The position numbers were made by a program, and so were the translations under genes. DNA of 64,000 nucleotides, taken from contig OX597836.1 of NCBI GenBank assembly GCA_951406725.2, positions 18,538,001 through 18,602,000 on the forward strand, written 5' to 3'. This DNA comes from Octopus vulgaris (lineage: Eukaryota). This document shows positions 57,506-64,000 of the stretch, one piece after another. Below the pieces are notes generated by a model. It saw only the letters and a program-made list of their open reading frames with translations. It had not been told where the DNA came from and searched no databases. Each line of letters begins with the position of its first letter. The stretch's first letter is position 1.

Positions 57506-57744
57506 ATTTGTTTATAGTGAGCAAATGTTTGTGTCCACATAAGCTCTCTCTCTCCCGCCATCAAATTGATATTACCTGTACAGGTGCACGACGTGTACAT
57601 TTCAGATAACGAAGTGATCGCATAGCAACGTGAAATCAAGTGCTTTGCTCAAGAACACAACGCAACACACACCCGGTCTGGGAATCGAAACCACGATCTC
57701 GGAAGGGTGAGTACCACACCCTAACCACTAAGCTATGCGCCTTC
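57506..57744 (-). mobile_element. SINE family E
   Basis: Minus-strand head gaaggcgcatagcttagtggttaggg...ggtttcgattccc. Body matches 2516-2733. Confidence 0.75.
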
Positions 57745-58141
57745 GTGCGCGTGCACATATGCATGTATGCATTTATGTAAGTATGTATGTGTGTATGTAT
57801 GTATGTATGTATGTAAGTATGTACTTATGTATGTATGTATGTATGTATGTATGTATGTATGTATGTATGTATGTATGTGTGTATGTGTTTGTCTACCACC
57901 ACCGGTGTTAGTTTCTTTATGTCCCCCTAACTTTTTAGTTTTGCAGCGGTAACCGATTGACTAAGTACCAGGTTTAAAAACAAATGCTGCCCCAGTATGG
58001 CCATAGTTCAATGCCTGAAACAATTAAAACAAGACATGCATCCATACACATATACTCATGTATATATAGATGCTTATGCATATATACATGCATATATGTA
58101 TATATACATATGTACACATACATTCACATATGCACACACAG

Positions 58142-58228
58142 TGGACTATAATTGCTGTCCGAACAAGTGACGGCCGTGTACACATTATTGACATGGTTCA
58201 AGTTGGCAGAAACACATCTGCCCTTCTT
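58142..58228 (+). CDS. Candidate 87-nt phase-0 exon, WTIIAVRTSDGRVHIIDMVQVGRNTSALL
   Basis: cag acceptor (poor pyrimidine tract), strong gtgagt donor, length divisible by 3. The peptide resembles a WD40 strand-turn-strand. Confidence 0.25.
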
Positions 58229-58588
58229 GTGAGTTACTGTTAGGACAATGTTTGCCTCGTTCCGATATATACTAGGTTTGAACACATGTCTATGAAGAGA
58301 TTTTCCCTCAGACAAAAATCAGACAATCGTGTCTTTCAAAGGTATATATACGTTACTTTTAATACACACGTGACTATTTTATGCAGAAACATTTTCAAAA
58401 CACCGGACAAATCCACTCAGCTATGGAATACCACTTATATTATGTCCTAATTTAATTGCATATTTCAACTTAGTCAAAACCATAGACGTTTCAAAATGTC
58501 CTGATACAGAAAAAAAAGAAACAAATTTACATATATAATCAACAGTAAGACAAAATACCAAAATTAACTAACCAATTAAAAATTTTAT

Positions 58589-58752
58589 AGTCGTAGGAAT
58601 GGCTGTACTGTAATAATTTTGCTTCCTAACCACTTGGTTCTGGGTTCAATTGCATTGAATGGAGGCTTGGGCAAGTGTCTTCTATCAAGGCCCTGGGCCA
58701 ACTAAAGCCTTGTGGGTGGATCTGATAAACGGAAACTGAAAGAAGTCTGTCG
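58589..58752 (+). mobile_element. Old SINE family B 5' half
   Basis: cttgggcaagtgtcttcta...ggaaactgaaagaag. Confidence 0.75.
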
Positions 58753-58756
58753 GTTG

Positions 58757-58958
58757 CTCTTTTACTTGTTTCAGTCATTTGACTGTGGCCATGCTGGAGC
58801 ACCGCCTTTAGTCGAACAAATCGACCCCAGGACTTATTCTTTGTAAGCCTAGTACTTATTCAATCGCTCTCTTTTGCCGAACCGCTAAGTGACGTAAACA
58901 CACCAGCATCGGTTGTCAAGAGATGTTGGGGGGACAAACCCAGATACACAAGCACACA

Positions 58959-59018
<60 letters not shown>

Positions 59019-59194
59019 TATATATATATACGACGGGCTTCTTTCAGTTTCCGTCTACCAAATCCACTCACAAGGCTTTGGTCGGCCCAAGGCTATAGCA
59101 GAAGACACTTGCCCAAGGTGCCACGCAGTGGGACTGAACCCGGAACCACGTCGTTGGTAAGGAAGCTACTTACCACACAGCCACTCCTGCGCCT
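58757..59194 (-). mobile_element. Full-length young SINE family B
   Basis: Reverse complement of 56370-56770. Confidence 0.93.
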
Positions 59195-59792
59195 TTATAT
59201 ATGCATTATATATGCATTGTGTGTATGTGTATCTATGTCTGCTTGTCTTCGAGTTTTCCCCACCGCCACCACTAACCACCACTTGACGGCTAGTGTTGGT
59301 TCGTTTACATCCACGTAACTTAATGGTTCGATAGAGACCGATAGAGAAACTACTACCCTTAAAAGTTGTACTGGAGTCGAGTTTTTTTTCGACTAAATCC
59401 TTCAACACGATGTACCAGCATGGCCACAGTCCTATGACTGAAAGAACTAAAATATAAAATTGACCAAACAAGATGAACAGAGAAAAATGGAGTTTTACTT
59501 CGAGAGGAACATGTAGACTGCATGGGGACACATTCGTCAAAACATGAACGGCCAACAATCAAATAGAAAACAAATCGAGAAACAAAAGCACGGGGTTACT
59601 GCGATATCAGTGTATATTTCCATAACAGCGAAACTTGATATTCAGTTCCCGCCTGAAGATCGCAGTCGCCGGAAAATCGATCCGTTAGAATGAGAAGAAA
59701 CTCTGCTACCATATTCGCTCGGTACGTTTCAGCGTGGCTCGTGTATATATATATATTTTTTACAGAAAAACAAAAGACGAAGACAGGTGTAT

Positions 59793-59852
<60 letters not shown>

Positions 59853-59954
59853 GTGTGCATGCGTGCGTGTGTGCATGTGTGCATATATTTTATAAATATA
59901 TATATATATACACACACATATATATACATATATATATATAAATATGTATATGAT

Positions 59955-59987
<33 letters not shown>

Positions 59988-60141
59988 ATATACATATATA
60001 TATGCATATGTATGTAAATTTGAACTATATATGTGTACGTATACGTCTGGCAAGTATATATATATATATATATATACATACTAAACATTAAAAATACATA
60101 TATATATATATACATACTAAAAACTAGAAGCCCGTCGCATA

Positions 60142-60197
<56 letters not shown>

Positions 60198-60237
60198 TGC
60201 GTGTGATATGTGTGTCTGTGGTTGTACCCCCTACATC

Positions 60238-60554
60238 CGAAGAAATTGAAAATAAGTTAAACATTTAAAATCTAGGAATATTGGGGTAGAATTTTAAATT
60301 TTGAAGACATGGTTTTTTGCATATTCGGCAACTCTATCATGGGAAACGTAGGAATCCACTGAAGAAACAAATCGGAAGTGTAGTATGATAGGGAATACGG
60401 TTCCCTGTATGCGCAAGGGCCAAAATTTACCCCCACCCCGAACCCTCCCCGAGTAATAAAAAACATTCATGCCAAATTTGGTACAGATTCATCAAGCGGT
60501 TTCGCTGTGCTTAGAGAATAAACATACACACAGCGTGAATTTTATATGTACAGA
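60238..60554 (-). mobile_element. Non-autonomous Helitron 5' fragment
   Basis: Minus strand starts TCTGTACATATAAAA and contains the typical atgccaaatttggt...cggttt motif. No 3' CTAG or hairpin seen. Confidence 0.5.
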
Positions 60555-60559
60555 TATAA

Positions 60560-60598
<39 letters not shown>

Positions 60599-61169
60599 AC
60601 AGCTTCCACAAGGACATGTGTTACATCAAAAATCCTCTCGTTCCCGTAGAATTTTTGATATATATACACACACATATTTATATATATATATTTGTATATT
60701 TGTGTATGTGTGTATATGTGTGTGCGTATGTGTGTATTTGAGTGAGTGCATATGTGCGTGTATATACATATATACTGATACTTATATATGTATATATATG
60801 CATATTTGCATATACATGTGTATATATATGTATGTACATGTGTGCATATATATCAGTCTATTAATGTATGTTTACGCTTATATATATATATATGAGATAT
60901 GTGTAGGTGTACGCAGGGTTGTGTTCTTACATATGTGTAGATACATTCGATATATATATATATATATATATTTGTATGTATGCATGATAGATAGATAGAT
61001 AGATAGATAGAAACATAATGCACACAAACACACACTTCTACACAGTTCCTGAATCTCTGATTAACATTTTTTAATGTTTTTATTATCCTTTCTCCTCCCA
61101 CTGCTGCTCTTGGTGATTCTGCTCTCACGGAAGATTATTGCTGCTGTCATTATTGTTGTTGTTATAATC

Positions 61170-61229
<60 letters not shown>

Positions 61230-61571
61230 GTTATTGTTGTTGTTGTTGTTGTTGTTGCTGTTGTTGTACTCTGAGCTGGTGTTTATTCGTATATAACGAT
61301 TGTTGTTGCGTTTCGCTTGTATTGATTGATATTCTGAATGTCTGTTTTAATCTGGGTTCGAAAGCGATGCGCCTGTTGTGTTGTTTTTTGGTTTTTTTTA
61401 TAGTTGTTGTTTGTTATTATGATTGTTGTTATTGTCACAGGCTTTGTTGTTGTTCTTCTTCATCTTGCTCTCCCCCCCCCCCCTTTCCTTTTTCACTTCG
61501 TCTTCGTCTTCGTTTTCTGCTTATATCTACATGTATGTCTATCCTTGTAAACACACACACACACACACATA

Positions 61572-61603
<32 letters not shown>

Positions 61604-61908
61604 TACACACACACACACATGCACATACACACACACACACATACACACACAAATATACATTATTTTTGTGAATCCACATAAAACAGCTGATGCCAATCTC
61701 GTTTCTATTTACCAAAAGATATTCTTTTGTATTTCTTATCTTCTTCCAATTTCACAGTCTTGTAACTACCAAACAACTATGGGTGTGGGTGTGTGTATGT
61801 GTGTGTGTGTTTGTGCGTCTGTGGGTGAGTGTGTTCATGTGCGTGTGCACATATTTGCATATGTATGTATGCATGTATGCACACATGATATACATATATG
61901 TTCGTGTA

Positions 61909-61944
<36 letters not shown>

Positions 61945-61970
61945 TATCCATATATACATGTGTGTATGTG

Positions 61971-62003
<33 letters not shown>

Positions 62004-62025
62004 CTGTGTGTGTCTGTGTGTGTAT

Positions 62026-62271
62026 GTATGTGTGCATGTAGATATTGTATGTATGTGTGTATGCATGGATGTAAGTCAATATATGTATATATATATATAT
62101 TTATATATATATATTTATATATATATATATAGGCGGGGCTCCAGCATGGCCGCAGTCAAATGACAGAAAGAAGTAAAAATGTAAGAGTATATGTGTGCGT
62201 GTATGGGTGTGTGTTTATGTATGTGTGCATGTAGATATTGTATATATGTGTGTATGCATGGATGTAAGTCA

Positions 62272-62322
<51 letters not shown>

Positions 62323-62377
62323 CGGGGCTCCAGCATGGCCGCAGTCAAATGAAAGAAAGAAGTAAAAATGTAAGAGA
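62026..62377 (+). repeat. Tandem duplication (190-bp period) including an isolated SINE B tail
   Basis: aggcggggctccagcatggccgcagtcaaatga at about 62131 and 62320. Confidence 0.85.
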
Positions 62378-62793
62378 GTACATGTGTGTGTGTGTGCGTG
62401 TGTAAGTCTGTGTCTGTGTGCGTGCGTAAACAAGCATACATGTGTGAACATATGAACATATGAACATATAAACATATCTCTGTATATAGGTATGGATGTA
62501 TGGATGTATACATAAGTGAGTTTGTGCGCGCAAGTGTATTTTAGTGCGTGTGCGTGTTTGTGTGCGTACTTCTCTGTATATGCATGTGTTTATGCCTCAT
62601 ATTCATCTCCGAAATCCTCCAACTTATACGAACAGCCTACACGTTCTGATCCATTGAACTCGTTGTAATATATTTAGCATTGTGCAAGTTGATCCGGTCT
62701 TTAGGAACAAAATATTGCGTCAACTCAATAAACATCAATCTCTGTCTATTTATCTTATCTTTGACGACTCTGTATTCTGGTTTATGCATGTAC

Positions 62794-62831
<38 letters not shown>

Positions 62832-63427
62832 GCATATCTATATATATGTATATATACATATTTACACACATACACACATATATGTATATATATAAAATTC
62901 ATATAAGTGTGTGTGTACGTTTGTTTAGCTATGTATGTAGAGCTATATTTTTGTCTGTCAAGCTACAAATACTGACCAAAAGAATGTCATGTACCATAAA
63001 AAAAAATTGAGTACCTATGTGTTATTGATCTATCGGTTCCACCTCGAGAGAGAAATTAGTCGATGGGAACGAGGTATACTTAGCATCAAATACATGTCTG
63101 TTATATTTCAATGGGGTAGTTGCCTCACCATTCAGTATGAAAGCGTCTGATTGAGCCTACGTGACGTTTGTGCGTCTGAGAAACTATTTTCAAAGTAAAT
63201 CTGTGTTAAATTGTCAATACAAATTACCTTCCGATATTATTTCAAAGTGCAGCTCATCCGTTAAATCATACATACATACACACATACATACATACATATA
63301 TGCATACATACATAAATACATACATACGTACATACATGCACACATACATACATACGTACATACATAAATTATGCATACATACATACGTACGTACATACAT
63401 ACATACATACATACATACATACATACA

Positions 63428-63461
<34 letters not shown>

Positions 63462-63938
63462 CATACAGACAGACATACATACATAAATTCATTCATACAT
63501 TCAAACATACATACATACATACATACATACATACATACATACATACATACATACATACATACATACATACATACATACATACATACATACATACATGTGT
63601 GGGGGATATTATTGATGACACCTAGAAGGTGCTTTTTCCAACTCACGAAAATGAATGAAGTTTTGACCAGGGGAAATTAATGTCATAAACGGTATCCAAC
63701 GATCATCGGATGTTTAGACCCTGAACCGTAATACCCTCTCTTTGGCGAGTCAGTTAATATGGCCAAATCACTGTCCATCATCACCTCGGAGTTATCAATG
63801 CATATTGTTAATGGATCTATCAGCGGCTAATTGTGCTCCGCTCCAATTAAATCGTTTTAGTTATTGATATCGTACTGCATTACCTCTGCTTATCCTTGTT
63901 GCTTATTTGATACATATATATATAATTTATCATGGATG

Positions 63939-64000
63939 GGAAGCACTCCGTCGTTTACGACGATGAGGGTTCCGGTTTATCCAAATCAATGGAACAGCCT
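63939..64000 (-). mobile_element. SINE family A 3' end (runs off the window)
   Basis: ggaagcactccgtcg...ggaacagcct is the reverse complement of the family A tail. Confidence 0.85.

Overview
AT-rich, microsatellite-saturated animal DNA with no intact gene. The SINE families and microsatellite load point to Octopus or another coleoid cephalopod (inference). Almost all ORFs in the supplied track are simple-repeat artefacts. The real content is: (i) decayed retrotransposons, namely two Penelope-like elements (PLE; RT plus GIY-YIG), four R4/Dong-type fragments in (TAA)n tracts, a CR1-type 3' end and a probable Tx1-type 3' end, all on the minus strand; (ii) about 25 tRNA-derived SINE copies in about 5 families, several with target-site duplications (TSDs); (iii) a complete non-autonomous Helitron and a Tc1/mariner left end; (iv) a recent direct duplication of 2-2.7 kb and several minisatellites. 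The most striking signal is about 13 minimal type I hammerhead ribozyme (HHR) motifs read by eye, carried by PLE terminal repeats and short PLE-like inserts. Together they show all four Watson-Crick combinations at the core 3:8 pair (C:G, G:C, A:U, U:A), plus A6U and U4C variants. Two lie inside near-perfect DNA palindromes (176-bp and 63-bp arms). Strand bias of the retroelements and a few weak exon candidates suggest the window is intronic in a plus-strand gene.
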